The notes under the pieces: model-generated
Database searches by the model: none
Seen by the model: the letters and a program-made list of their open reading frames with translations, nothing else
Told to the model about the DNA's origin: nothing
Shown here: positions 33,371 to 42,885 of the stretch, piece by piece
Layout of the letters: every line of letters begins with the position of its first letter
Position numbering within the stretch: the stretch's first letter is position 1
Translations under genes and position numbers: made by a program
Virus record (IMG/VR): IMGVR_UViG_3300044832_000053
Span: 14,926 to 78,925 of that record
Direction: 5' to 3' (one strand)
Length of the DNA stretch: 64,000 nt
DNA from: a virus

Positions 33371-34960
33371 TCACCGCCAGGAGCGGACGTTCGGCCGTTC
33401 GGGACGATCTTGATCATCCCCCTCACCGTCTTTGGGCGCGAAGGATTCGAGATCCCAGCGCTGGTCCTGATCGTAGGCCCCTCCGTGCGCGTAGGCGAGC
33501 CGCCGGGACGGTAGCTGCCCAAGCGGCTTGCTGAATTCCTCCAGATCCTGGCTCGCTGCCCACCGCCGCACGGACGCCGGGACCCCCCGGGTGTCGAAGC
33601 TGCTCTTGAGAAACGGGTGCACTGCCCAGCACAGCGAATCGAGCCGGTCAGGGCTGCGCTCGTTGGCCGCCCCGGTGAAGGAGCACATCTGGTCCTCCAG
33701 CTCCACGAACGGCCCGTAAGCGTGCCGGACCAGGCCCCGCTCGTACAGCGCGGCGGCGGGCTCGGCCCGGGTCCGCTTGCCGAGGCTGGCGTGCACGGTC
33801 TTCACGTGCGGGACATGGTCCGCCAGCCGCCCGGCCTTGGTCAGCTTCTTCTTGACCTGGGAGAACACCTCGGCCAGCCAGGCCCCGCCGTGGTTCTTCT
33901 CCACCACCAGGCTGGCTCTCCACTCGTGGGCCGCCAGCAGGGCCTTCTCCGCGAACTGGGCCGGGCCGATCCGGCCGCCCCAGCTATCAAGGATGTAAAC
34001 AAATCCGTCGTTGCCCATCCCGGCCACCGTGTACGCCTGCTCATCGGAGTCCTCGGTGCCGTCCGAGGGGTCAACACCGACGTAGATAGTGAGCATGGAG
34101 ACCGGGCGGCCGTCGTCCAGCATGGGCTTGCCTACCTGGATGGACTCCAGCAGGTCCCGGGTCCACAGCGCATTCTCGACGTCATCGAGCAGCTCGCCTT
34201 CCAGCTCCTGGCGTTCCAGCCGGGTGCCCTTGGCCAGCGCGATGACGCCCTGGAAGAACGCCTCGGACAGGTTGGCGATGTTGTCGATGGTCCGCAGGCG
34301 GCGGATGACCATGCCGGGCTCGTCGCCCCGCAGGAACCGGCGGATCAGCGCGGCGGCGGGCCGGGAAACCTTGGGTGTCCCGGTGGTGATGATCTTGGAC
34401 GCGCCGAGCCGGACCGCGAACTTGATTGACTCGTCCCAGGCGATGGCCCACTTCTGCCAAAGCCCGATCTCATCCCCCCACAGGCCCTTGAGGTTCTTGC
34501 CCTGGACCCGCAGCGCACCGTCGTCGGCGGAGTCCACGAAGATGATGTGACCGTTGCGGAGCCCGATCTCGCCGTAGCTGCGGTGTGCATAGGCAACCTG
34601 CTTGGAGCTGTGGTCCTTGACCTCCCCGGCCGAGGTTCCCAGTGCGGCCAGAATGCCAGCCCGGCCCTCCACGCAGACGGTCCAGGCGTCCCGGTAGGTG
34701 GGCGCGACGATGCCCCACTCCCCATCGGCCTCGCCGTCGTCCAGGATGAGCTGAGCGAGGCCCTGAGCCCCCGCACGGGTCTTCCCGCTGCCACGGCCGC
34801 CCTGGTAGTACACCTTGGACCATGGCTCCTCAGGGAGCCGCTGGGACGGCCGGGCGGTGTCCAGCCAGGCCATCCGGGGATCGACGGCAACCGAGTCGAG
34901 CGCGTCCGCGACCGCGCTGAGCAGATCCTGGTCAGCCGGTGGGACGTAGATGGCGGACAA
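33371..34960 (-). CDS. terL: Terminase large subunit
   Basis: GGRGSGKTRAG Walker A, LWGDE Walker B, TGTP, VGVDP and SPDRLDS nuclease motifs. Confidence 0.95.
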   Translation of the reverse strand: MSAIYVPPADQDLLSAVADALDSVAVDPRMAWLDTARPSQRLPEEPWSKVYYQGGRGSGKTRAGAQGLAQLILDDGEADGEWGIVAPTYRDAWTVCVEGRAGILAALGTSAGEVKDHSSKQVAYAHRSYGEIGLRNGHIIFVDSADDGALRVQGKNLKGLWGDEIGLWQKWAIAWDESIKFAVRLGASKIITTGTPKVSRPAAALIRRFLRGDEPGMVIRRLRTIDNIANLSEAFFQGVIALAKGTRLERQELEGELLDDVENALWTRDLLESIQVGKPMLDDGRPVSMLTIYVGVDPSDGTEDSDEQAYTVAGMGNDGFVYILDSWGGRIGPAQFAEKALLAAHEWRASLVVEKNHGGAWLAEVFSQVKKKLTKAGRLADHVPHVKTVHASLGKRTRAEPAAALYERGLVRHAYGPFVELEDQMCSFTGAANERSPDRLDSLCWAVHPFLKSSFDTRGVPASVRRWAASQDLEEFSKPLGQLPSRRLAYAHGGAYDQDQRWDLESFAPKDGEGDDQDRPERPNVRSWR

Positions 34961-35666
34961 GCGCCTTGCGTGCCTTCACCTGCCCTTCAAGCGGCACGCC
35001 CGCCTCGTTCAGCGCCAGGTCCAGGGCGCGCTCGAACAGCCGCACCTGCTCGGCCCTGATCTTCGCCAGCCGGGCCTCGATGTTCAGCTTGATCAGCGAG
35101 ATCAGGATGCCCGCCAGCCGCTCCTGGGACCGCTCGTACAGCAGCACCTCGGCTCGGACCTGCTCCCCGATCCGTGAGCGGGTGTACCGCCAGCTCGCGA
35201 TGTCGATCTTGCTGACCATCTCGCGCAGCAGGTCTTTCAGCGCCTTGATCTCGGCCGCGACGGCCAGCAGCTCGGTCAGCGGGTCGTCCATGGGCGGCGG
35301 GGACATCAGCTTCGCCCCGTGCTCGGTCATGATCTCGGCCAGCCGCCCGCTAGCGTTGGACTGGACCACGTTCGCCGCCGCCCGCTTGGACCGCACGCTC
35401 CCGGCGTTCGCCCCGTGGTCCTTGCAGACCGGGGGCTCGGTGCCGGTGGTGGCGGTCTTCCGGCAGCGGTCGATCGTCCCGCTTACCCGGGTGGCATTCG
35501 TGCAGCGCCGCATTCCGGTAATCTGCTCAGCCTCGTCCAGCATCTCCTCGGGGACGTGGGTGAAGCAGAACTCCATGCCCTCGATCTCGGGATAGCCGCA
35601 TGCCGTGCCGTCCCGGTTGGTGCCGGTGCACGGCTCGGTGCCTTCCCAGGAGTGCAGCTCGCGCAT
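34932..35666 (-). CDS. Terminase small subunit-like protein
   Basis: Cys-rich N-terminus (C..HG), helical C-terminus, overlaps terL start. Confidence 0.65.
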   Translation of the reverse strand: MRELHSWEGTEPCTGTNRDGTACGYPEIEGMEFCFTHVPEEMLDEAEQITGMRRCTNATRVSGTIDRCRKTATTGTEPPVCKDHGANAGSVRSKRAAANVVQSNASGRLAEIMTEHGAKLMSPPPMDDPLTELLAVAAEIKALKDLLREMVSKIDIASWRYTRSRIGEQVRAEVLLYERSQERLAGILISLIKLNIEARLAKIRAEQVRLFERALDLALNEAGVPLEGQVKARKALVRHLRPTG

Positions 35667-35689
35667 ACCAGGAAGGATAGACGCACGTC

Positions 35690-36319
35690 GTGATCAAGGA
35701 CCTGATCTCACCGGCCAAGGTTCTCGCTGCGGCCCTGGCCGCAATGACCGTGGCGACGGTCTCCAGCTTCGCCGGGGACCTCGGCACGATCCTGGGCGCG
35801 GGCCTGACCGCCGTGGTCGGGGGGACGGCGGCGGCGCTGTACGAGCACGCTGCGCGCAGGGCCCCGGTGATGCTGCGCCGCCGGGGACTGTGGTTCACCC
35901 TGCGTCACATGCGCAGGCCCGGCCGCCAGGTGGTCCTGGCCGCGCTGGCCAGCTCAGCCGTGGTCGCCGGGGGCTCCTACGCGGTGATCACCGTGGTCAC
36001 GGCGTCCGCCGGTCAGTCCCTGCACACGATCGTCACGGGTGATCATGCTGGCAGGGCGGCCCCTGGTCCTGGCGGTGACGCCCCAGCACCCACAGTCCCG
36101 CCAGCGCCGCGAAAGTCGCGGTCACCCAGCCCCAGCGCCTCACCTTCGGCCACGCCATCCTCAGTTGCTCCCTCAGATACCAGCGCACCACCGTCTGTCC
36201 CGCCCTCACCGTCGCCCTCAGCCAGCACGACTGCGCCGCAGGTTACGCCGTCAGCTTCCCCGGATGCCAGCCCTGGCGTCCCGCTGGCCAGCCCGGTGCC
36301 GTCTCAGGCTCCGTCGTAG
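35690..36319 (+). CDS. Membrane protein with Pro/Ser-rich C-terminal tail
   Basis: Three hydrophobic segments, SD AGGAAGGA upstream, only credible ORF in this interval. Confidence 0.6.
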   Translation: MIKDLISPAKVLAAALAAMTVATVSSFAGDLGTILGAGLTAVVGGTAAALYEHAARRAPVMLRRRGLWFTLRHMRRPGRQVVLAALASSAVVAGGSYAVITVVTASAGQSLHTIVTGDHAGRAAPGPGGDAPAPTVPPAPRKSRSPSPSASPSATPSSVAPSDTSAPPSVPPSPSPSASTTAPQVTPSASPDASPGVPLASPVPSQAPS

Positions 36320-36594
36320 CGGGTCTTGATACTGATCTCCAGGTACGGGACCTGGGCCTCGCCGCTGTGCCCGTGGGCGGATACCTCAAAGCGGATTCGC
36401 TCGTCGGCGGATGCATCGCTGATGATGCCGCGCACGAGCTGGCGGGCCTTCTCCCCGTCCGGCTGGGTGAGCGGGGCAGACAGTGACTTGAGGGTCTCGG
36501 CCCTGGTGCCGCCTGCGTTGAACGAGAAGCTCACGGGGTTCCCTTCATCGAGCTGATCCGGCGGCGGGACCGCCGCTTCCGCATATTCCACCAC
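36304..36594 (-). CDS. Hypothetical protein
   Basis: Plausible composition; fills gap. Confidence 0.45.
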   Translation of the reverse strand: MVEYAEAAVPPPDQLDEGNPVSFSFNAGGTRAETLKSLSAPLTQPDGEKARQLVRGIISDASADERIRFEVSAHGHSGEAQVPYLEISIKTRYDGA

Positions 36595-36667
36595 CAGCAG
36601 CGCCAGCAGAGCCTCCGGGTGCAGAGGAGCTGGACAGCCCGGTCATCCATCGGGACACGCCGGTACC

Positions 36668-37267
36668 TCATCCCAGGCCCAGTACCTTCTCAGCGGTCAG
36701 CCAGTCACGGGCGATGGCTAGCTGCGCGGTGAGCAGGGGCACCTCGCCGGAGCACACTGCCGCCCGCAGTGCGGACTCGACACCATCCTTGGGGTTGGGG
36801 ATGGTGCCGGTCTCGGGCCACAGGTTGGCCGCGTCATTGGCCCCGCCCAGCTCCAGTGGCACCAGGTGGTCCAGCTCACTCTTCGCGCGGGCCGGGATGC
36901 CGTAGGCCGGGTAGGCCACGTTGAACTTGAACGCCGACGTCTGCGTCTCCGGCGGGCGGACCGTGGCCGTCCAGCCGTGCACGCAGATTGTCGCGAAGAT
37001 CGTTTTCGGGTTCACGGCCGGGTCGATCGCGCCGGGCGTGCAGGCCGGGTCGGGCAGGACGGAGGTTCCCGAGCCCCGGACCTGGCAGTGCAACGGCTCG
37101 GAGCCGGTCACCTGGCCCGGGTCGTGGACCTCCTTGAGCGCACCCGACGACGGGGCCGGGCTGGACGGGGACAACGTGGGCCGGGTCACGGCCGGGGGTA
37201 CCGACGTGCAGGCGGCCAGTGCGAGTGCCGCCAGCACTGCTGCGGCTGCCTGCCTGATCATGATCAT
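36668..37267 (-). CDS. Lipoprotein with HNH-like nuclease motif
   Basis: Lipobox LAAC; ELDHLVPLELGGAND..NLWPE..K; paired Cys. Confidence 0.75.
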   Translation of the reverse strand: MIMIRQAAAAVLAALALAACTSVPPAVTRPTLSPSSPAPSSGALKEVHDPGQVTGSEPLHCQVRGSGTSVLPDPACTPGAIDPAVNPKTIFATICVHGWTATVRPPETQTSAFKFNVAYPAYGIPARAKSELDHLVPLELGGANDAANLWPETGTIPNPKDGVESALRAAVCSGEVPLLTAQLAIARDWLTAEKVLGLG

Positions 37268-37389
37268 TTCCTTCCGGGGGTGCTCGGGCGGCTCCCCCCG
37301 GCGCGGGAGCGCACCAGGGGGAAGCCGTCCAGGGCGGGCCAGGCATCAGGAGAGACGGGGGTGACTCCCTCCGCCTGGCCAGCCCCTGC

Positions 37390-38418
37390 TCATCTGATGT
37401 AGCCGGTTTCGAGCAGGAGCTTCTTGCTGGCCTGGGCCATGGCCTTATTGAGCCCGTAGTGCCGTTCACGGGTCCAGGGCAGGGCCGTCCGAGACCAGTC
37501 AGCTACCGCGAGCGCCGGGTCCGCCCCCGGTGGTAGCGGCGGGGTGACCGGCGCTGGGACAGGGGCCGGGATCGGTGCCGGTGGCGGCGCGGGGACCGGA
37601 ACCGGAAACACCTTCCCCGTGATCGAGGTGTAGGCCGAGGCCAGCGTCGGCACGTCAACTCCCGTCAGGAAGGCCGGGTGCTCCAGGTGGGCCTGGTAGA
37701 TGACCGCGTAGCACTCGCTGTCCTGGTGGGCGATGAACGGGTCGGTCATCCCGACCGGCTGCTGCCAGGTGATATTGGTGACGTCAGCCGCGTGGTCGCC
37801 CGGGGGCATCACGTACTTGCCGCCCATGGTGGCGTGCCCGCCCCAGTCGGGGGACGGCGTGTAGTCCCACAGGCCCGCGCTGGTCTGGGACTGCTGGGAA
37901 ATCTCCAGGTCCAGCCCGAACAGCACCCCGCCCATGAGCGCGGTGACGTCCTTGATGTAGGCCAGCCCGTTCGGCTGGAGCGGGACGGAGGCGAACGCCA
38001 GCGGCTTCACCACCTGGGTGACCCCGCCCGGCAGGGTGATCTCCAGTCCTCCGGCCAGGGCCGCGCTCAGCATCACGGTCATGTCCACGCCGCCGTCGCC
38101 GCGCCCGGTGGCCGGGTCAAAGGTGGGGTTGCCACTGCGCTGGTAGAGGTCGAAGATCGCCGCGTCGGAGACGGTGATGTCGATGCCGAGCAGGTACTTC
38201 CACACCATGATCGTGTAGTTGGCCAGGGCGCACGGGCCGCAGGTGCCGAACTTGATGTTGGTCCGGCCGTTCCACTCCGCCACGTCGGCCAGGTGATCGT
38301 CCACGGGCGGGATGGCCGGGAGGGTCCCGGTCAGGAAGTCGGTCATCAGCAGGACGGGCCTGCTGCGGTCGGGCTTCCGGCGGCCCAGCCGCTGGCCGGG
38401 CAGGCGGTGCTCACTCAT
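37390..38418 (-). CDS. Papain-like cysteine protease
   Basis: GTCGPCA, WGGHA, ITW catalytic-type motifs; Pro-rich linker and small C-terminal domain. Confidence 0.7.
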   Translation of the reverse strand: MSEHRLPGQRLGRRKPDRSRPVLLMTDFLTGTLPAIPPVDDHLADVAEWNGRTNIKFGTCGPCALANYTIMVWKYLLGIDITVSDAAIFDLYQRSGNPTFDPATGRGDGGVDMTVMLSAALAGGLEITLPGGVTQVVKPLAFASVPLQPNGLAYIKDVTALMGGVLFGLDLEISQQSQTSAGLWDYTPSPDWGGHATMGGKYVMPPGDHAADVTNITWQQPVGMTDPFIAHQDSECYAVIYQAHLEHPAFLTGVDVPTLASAYTSITGKVFPVPVPAPPPAPIPAPVPAPVTPPLPPGADPALAVADWSRTALPWTRERHYGLNKAMAQASKKLLLETGYIR

Positions 38419-38491
38419 CGCGCTCCTTGTTCATGATCAGTGATCTTCGGGCGGGCTGGCCCCCGGCACGAGGTTCCGGGGGCCAGCCTGA

Positions 38492-38656
38492 TCATAGGCC
38501 CCGTCGGAGGTACTGCCCGGGGATGATCCCGGCCAGTGCGATCAGCAGCCCGATGATCCCGATGAAGATCGCCAGTGCGTGCGCGGTGGAGACATCCCCC
38601 AGCCACAGCACCACGGCGACAATCACCAGGGCAATCCCGACGAGGATGGCGACCAT
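38492..38656 (-). CDS. Small two-TM membrane protein (54 aa, not in track)
   Basis: MVAILVGIALVIVAVVLWLG...IFIGIIGLLIALAG; SD AGGAG. Confidence 0.65.
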   Translation of the reverse strand: MVAILVGIALVIVAVVLWLGDVSTAHALAIFIGIIGLLIALAGIIPGQYLRRGL

Positions 38657-38665
38657 GATCTTCTC

Positions 38666-39106
38666 CTAACGGATACGCCAGTAGGTTGGCGAGCCCCACA
38701 GCCGGTGCCAGCCGACCCGGGTACCGGGCTGCTGTGCGCCGAAGCTGCCGTGCATCGTCACGAACTCGACGTGGTAGTTCCCCCAGAAGACAAGATCACC
38801 CCGCCGCCGCTGGCTGGCGGGAATCCGGTAGATCCGGCCACTGGACAGCATCTGGCCAGTGGTCCGGGGCATGCCGTATCCCGCGTGATTGAGGGCGGAC
38901 ATCACCAGGCCGGAGCAGTCATACCCCTGGGCACAGGACGTGCCGCCGTAGGAGTACCAGCAGCCCGCCTTGCCCTCGGCCCAGTTGAGGGCCGAGTAGC
39001 TGACCGAGCGGGCACTGGCACTGGCCGGGGCGGCCTGGCCGGGCCCTGCGGACATGAAGAGAACACCAGCCAGGACCAGAGCCGCAAGCGCAGCCGTGCG
39101 CCTCAC
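38666..39106 (-). CDS. Secreted NlpC/P60 peptidoglycan endopeptidase
   Basis: Signal peptide; YSYGG..GYDCSGLV..MPRTT..GDLVF..HV. Confidence 0.9.
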   Translation of the reverse strand: MRRTAALAALVLAGVLFMSAGPGQAAPASASARSVSYSALNWAEGKAGCWYSYGGTSCAQGYDCSGLVMSALNHAGYGMPRTTGQMLSSGRIYRIPASQRRRGDLVFWGNYHVEFVTMHGSFGAQQPGTRVGWHRLWGSPTYWRIR

Positions 39107-39585
39107 CGGGCCAGCTCCGACGCTATCTCGATCTGGGCCGCGAGCTGGCTGACGTTCAGGCCGCCCCAGCAGTTCACGGAGGCCCAGGACGGTGACTCCG
39201 CCGGGCCCAGGTAGCTAGTGTCATCGACACTGATGTCATCCATCCAGAACCCGGGCCCCGGCTCGGGCTCCGCGTCGGTGGTGGTGCCTATCTCACTCCA
39301 CCCGCGAGCAGCCCACGGCTCCGCGACCACGGGCTCGTTGCGGATCACCGGGAAGCTGACCGTCTCAGTCACCGGCATGAAGCTGTCCGGGACCGGCCGC
39401 TCAACCGGGACCGGGTGCGTGTCGTCGTCGGTCATCAGCGGGCCGGAGGGCACGTAGTTCCAGCGCCGCCAGCGGCGGTAGCGCCTGATAACGAACCAGG
39501 CGGCCTCGGCCAGGGTGACTGCCAGCCCGATCCCCAGCACCCACTGGGCGGTCAGCAGGACGTGCGGGGGAAGGTCAGCAGCCAT
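39103..39585 (-). CDS. Single-pass membrane protein
   Basis: N-terminal TM followed by Arg-rich stop-transfer and acidic tail. Confidence 0.5.
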   Translation of the reverse strand: MAADLPPHVLLTAQWVLGIGLAVTLAEAAWFVIRRYRRWRRWNYVPSGPLMTDDDTHPVPVERPVPDSFMPVTETVSFPVIRNEPVVAEPWAARGWSEIGTTTDAEPEPGPGFWMDDISVDDTSYLGPAESPSWASVNCWGGLNVSQLAAQIEIASELAR

Positions 39586-40306
39586 CGTAAGCACTCCAGG
39601 CGCTCGTGCCGCCCGCCGCATACTCAGCCGCGAAGGCGGCGTTCTGGGTGGCCACGGAGGCGTTCTCAGGCAGCCCGGAGAAGCCCAGCCCGGCCCAGGT
39701 GGACGGGAGGAAGCCGTACAGGCCCCCGGCCCCGCTGGAGGCGTTGACGGCCGCCGGGTTGCCCCCGGACTCGGCCTGGATCACGCACGCCTGGAAGCTG
39801 CCCATCCCCGAAGTCCCAACAGACACCGTCGTTGAGTTGGAACCAGGGGCCGATGCTCCAACGGAAGTTGAGGGCTGCGCCGGGGCCGGGGATGTTTCAC
39901 GTGGAACCGGCGGGGGAGCGGGGTGCGTATGCCGGGGAGGAGGAGGCACCGCGTCGGGCATGGCCGGGATAGTCAGCACCGTGCCAGCCGGGACGATGTC
40001 CGCCCAGTGCACGGGCGGGTGGTTGGCCCAGTAGATCACTGGCCAGGTGGCCGGGTTCCCGTACTGGGAGCCCGCGATCGAGGACAGCGTGTCGCCCTCG
40101 CGGACCTTGTAGGGGTGAGGGTAGATCACGGCTGCGGCAGCCGCCCGGCGGGGTGGTGCGTGATGGAAGATGATCTCGTTCCGGGCCTGTGCCGTATTCG
40201 CGATCTGCGCTACTACCGGAGCCGTGCTGCCCTGGGCCACAATGACCGCAGCGGCGGCTGCGGTGATCACGGGGGCAGCACTGAGAAAGATCTTGCGGGT
40301 CAGCAT
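39575..40306 (-). CDS. Secreted LysM + Rpf-like lytic transglycosylase
   Basis: Signal peptide; YKVREGDTLSSIA (LysM); CVIQAESGGN..GLYGFLPSTW..ASVATQ..AW..C (Rpf/lysozyme-like). Confidence 0.85.
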   Translation of the reverse strand: MLTRKIFLSAAPVITAAAAAVIVAQGSTAPVVAQIANTAQARNEIIFHHAPPRRAAAAAVIYPHPYKVREGDTLSSIAGSQYGNPATWPVIYWANHPPVHWADIVPAGTVLTIPAMPDAVPPPPRHTHPAPPPVPRETSPAPAQPSTSVGASAPGSNSTTVSVGTSGMGSFQACVIQAESGGNPAAVNASSGAGGLYGFLPSTWAGLGFSGLPENASVATQNAAFAAEYAAGGTSAWSAYDGC

Positions 40307-40341
40307 CGAGCTGCTTCCTGCCGTAGTTCGCCCTGCTGCGG

Positions 40342-40384
40342 CGAGACCCGCTGACCGGCGTGCAGGCCGGTTCAGCGGGCCTCG
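40342..40384. promoter_or_regulatory. Stem-loop in leader of LysM-Rpf gene
   Basis: CGAGACCCGCTGACCGGC / GCCGGTTCAGCGGGCCTCG near-perfect inverted repeat. Confidence 0.45.
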
Positions 40385-40480
40385 TCTGGGGGCCTTAATC
40401 CCGGGCTGGCGTCACCCGGTCAATCGAGTTGAGCCATGCGACCATCCGGGCCGCCTCCTCATCACCTGTCCACCATTCCG

Positions 40481-40759
40481 CTAGGCGGCCTCGGGCTTCA
40501 CGGGTGAACTGCCACGGAGCGGCGGCAGCGCGAGCCGCGCGGCGGCATCCACGGCCGCCACAGCGCCGGACAGCATGGACCGCCCCATCCCTGACTGGGC
40601 CGGGGGGATGATCCCGATCTGCTCCACCACCAGGACTGGCTCCCCGCCCGCTGGCTCCAGCAAGGCGGTGATGCAGCCGGTGATAAGTGAGCCCGGCGGC
40701 AGCAAGCTGGCGTCGGACTCGATGCGGGACCCTTCGGAGTCCACGAACATGATCTTCAT
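40481..40759 (-). CDS. Hypothetical protein
   Basis: SD GGAG, plausible composition. Confidence 0.5.
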   Translation of the reverse strand: MKIMFVDSEGSRIESDASLLPPGSLITGCITALLEPAGGEPVLVVEQIGIIPPAQSGMGRSMLSGAVAAVDAAARLALPPLRGSSPVKPEAA

Positions 40760-41050
40760 CTGTCTCCATCTTGATCTTTCCCGTGAAAGGGGCTACCCCG
40801 GCACCAGCGTGGTTCAGCTCTGGTGCCCTGCCGGACGTGTCCGGGGCCGGGGACATGAACCGGACCCTAGCCCGGTCACCGGGTGTACGCCAGGGGGTTG
40901 CGGGTTCTCACGCTCCGCATCCGCTCGCAGGAGCAGGCCGTGCACCCGCAGGCGCACCCGGGCTCGCAGCCGCATAGTTCCTGCTTGCGGCGGGTCTCCG
41001 CCGGGGGGCAGCACCGCACCGGCCACGGCCTGTGGCGCAGCCCCCGCCGG

Positions 41051-41374
41051 TTACGCCGGGGCATCCGCCATCAGCACCCAGCTCCCGCCCTCGTTCCCGG
41101 TCAGCGTCCACTCGAACGTCTTGTGCGTGTCGGTGGTCCGCAGCAGGTCACCCGGCGCGGTGCCCTCGGCCTGGCCCATGTCCCGCTCCATGCAGTGCTG
41201 GAGATCCCGTCCCCGCCAGCCTGCCAGCTCGCCGGTCAGCGCCTCAACTTCGGCCTGCTTCTCGCTGATCACCCGCAGGGCCAGCTCCAGCATGTTCCGC
41301 ATGCCGTGGCTCAGGCTGGCCTGGCGCATCGCCAGCAGCCGCTCGTAGTCCGTGGGCTCGCCGTTTACCGTCAT
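41051..41374 (-). CDS. Hypothetical protein
   Basis: ATG directly after AGGATGTCAACA box. Confidence 0.55.
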   Translation of the reverse strand: MTVNGEPTDYERLLAMRQASLSHGMRNMLELALRVISEKQAEVEALTGELAGWRGRDLQHCMERDMGQAEGTAPGDLLRTTDTHKTFEWTLTGNEGGSWVLMADAPA

Positions 41375-41402
41375 TGTTGACATCCTCTCGTATGACATGC
41401 AG

Positions 41403-41446
41403 ACGGGGCAGCCGGTTCGTGTCATGGTGATCCCCGGCCGCCCCGT
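41403..41446 (-). terminator. GC-rich hairpin after gene 41471-41842
   Basis: ACGGGGCAGCCGG...CCGGCCGCCCCGT inverted repeat in intergenic space. Confidence 0.35.
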
Positions 41447-41470
41447 TCCCCTGGAGGGGGCTTCCTCGGG

Positions 41471-41842
41471 CTAGCTGCCCGCCTTCGCCATCTCGGCCAG
41501 CTTGTTCGACGTGTCCTTCTGGATGATGTCGAAGATCTCTGGGTCAAACCCATCGTGCGCCCCGTCGATCATCGCCTGCACGGCCTCCTGGCCGCCGCGC
41601 CTGGCCACCTCGGCCACCAGGTTCTGGGCGAAGAACCACAGCTCGTGGCCGAGCACGTCATGCGGCTGGAAACTGCCGCCCGCGTCACCCATGCGGATCT
41701 TGGGTGCCTGGCCGGGGACCTGCGGGGCCTTGCTGCGGATGAAGTACAGGCAGTCGCCTGCGTAGCTGGAGCAGAACGTGATCGCGCCCTCGGGCAGGTT
41801 CAGCTTCTCCAGCGGCGACGGGACAGGCTGCTCAATTGCCAT
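41471..41842 (-). CDS. Hypothetical protein
   Basis: ATG directly after AAGGATGTCAACA box. Confidence 0.55.
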   Translation of the reverse strand: MAIEQPVPSPLEKLNLPEGAITFCSSYAGDCLYFIRSKAPQVPGQAPKIRMGDAGGSFQPHDVLGHELWFFAQNLVAEVARRGGQEAVQAMIDGAHDGFDPEIFDIIQKDTSNKLAEMAKAGS

Positions 41843-42206
41843 TGTTGACATCCTTCTCTTGATGCTCCGGGCCGGTCTGGCCGGGAGTTCCTTCCGGGCA
41901 CGTGCGGCCCCGGCCAAGATCGTTGGCCTGGCGCTCGTGCTCGATGATCACGGCTGCCCACTCGGGCAGCCTGCTGTAGGGGAACTTGCTGGCCACCCGG
42001 CCTGCCTGGCCGATCTTGTCCCCGTGCACCAGGATGGCGATCGGGTCTTCCTCGCCCAGGCGGATCGTGAAGGTGATCGTGTCCGGGGCCAGCCAGCGGG
42101 TCAGGGTGCCCCGGACCCGTTCCTTCTCCGGCCAGCCTTCGTCGCCCACGGCGCACTCGATGCGGACGAACCAGCTCTCGCTGTGCTGGACGGTGGTGTC
42201 GGGCAT
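41832..42206 (-). CDS. Hypothetical protein
   Basis: Coupled ORF in minus-strand run. Confidence 0.5.
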   Translation of the reverse strand: MPDTTVQHSESWFVRIECAVGDEGWPEKERVRGTLTRWLAPDTITFTIRLGEEDPIAILVHGDKIGQAGRVASKFPYSRLPEWAAVIIEHERQANDLGRGRTCPEGTPGQTGPEHQEKDVNNGN

Positions 42207-42360
42207 CAGCGGATCTCCAGCATCGCGATGTCGAAGTCACCCTCCGGGCCGCTGGCCTCGTCCAGCTCAACAGTGATGTTCAGCTCGTTTCCGTCGATGT
42301 CCGTCACGGGCGGGTCACCGGGGATCTCCTCCAGCCTGCGGATCAGCTCGCTCTTGCGCA

Positions 42361-42885
42361 TCAGGCACCGTCCTGGTCGGCGTCCACGGCCTCCTGGATG
42401 GCCTGGGTGACCGCAGCATCCAGCCGGGTCACCCGGCCCTTGCGGTAGGCGCTCAGGGCGTTCTGGGCCTCTGAGACGGCCTCGGTCAGCCGGATGATCT
42501 CAGCCGCCTCGTCGTCGGTCAGCGGCGGCACGAAGTAGTCGGAGCTGTACCGCTCGGTGATCTGCTCGCTCTTGCCGCCCGCGCCGTCCCAGCGGGCCAG
42601 GACGTTGCCGTTGGCCTGGTGGATGCCGGTCGCGGTGCCGATGCGGTTGTAAAGGCTCCCGCCGCTGTAGCCGCCCTTGCGGTCGATCCGGCTGAACCGG
42701 ACAGAGACCTTCGCGGCGGCCTTCTTGGTCAGCACCAGGAGCTGCTCACGCAGGTGCTCCTTGGTGTCGGATGCCCTCATCGCGTCCTGGTAGACGGCAA
42801 GCCAGCGGCCAGCGTCGTCCACGCGGACCTGGTACCTGGTGCCCCGGACCTCGATCTCGCCAGCCGGGTAGTCGTTGCTGCTCAT
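42361..42885 (-). CDS. Hypothetical protein
   Basis: Strong SD GAGGAG; overlaps neighbours. Confidence 0.6.
   Translation of the reverse strand: MSSNDYPAGEIEVRGTRYQVRVDDAGRWLAVYQDAMRASDTKEHLREQLLVLTKKAAAKVSVRFSRIDRKGGYSGGSLYNRIGTATGIHQANGNVLARWDGAGGKSEQITERYSSDYFVPPLTDDEAAEIIRLTEAVSEAQNALSAYRKGRVTRLDAAVTQAIQEAVDADQDGA

Noticed and set aside
1426-35595. Many long plus-strand ORFs (e.g. 1426-3006, 18900-20231, 25501-27240, 32060-33514)
   Set aside because: They are antisense shadows of recognisable minus-strand genes, expected at this GC content
40307-40400. c-di-AMP (ydaO) riboswitch upstream of the Rpf-like gene
   Set aside because: Only one hairpin with GCTGAA is visible; the region is too short and lacks the other conserved elements (a cmsearch would settle it)
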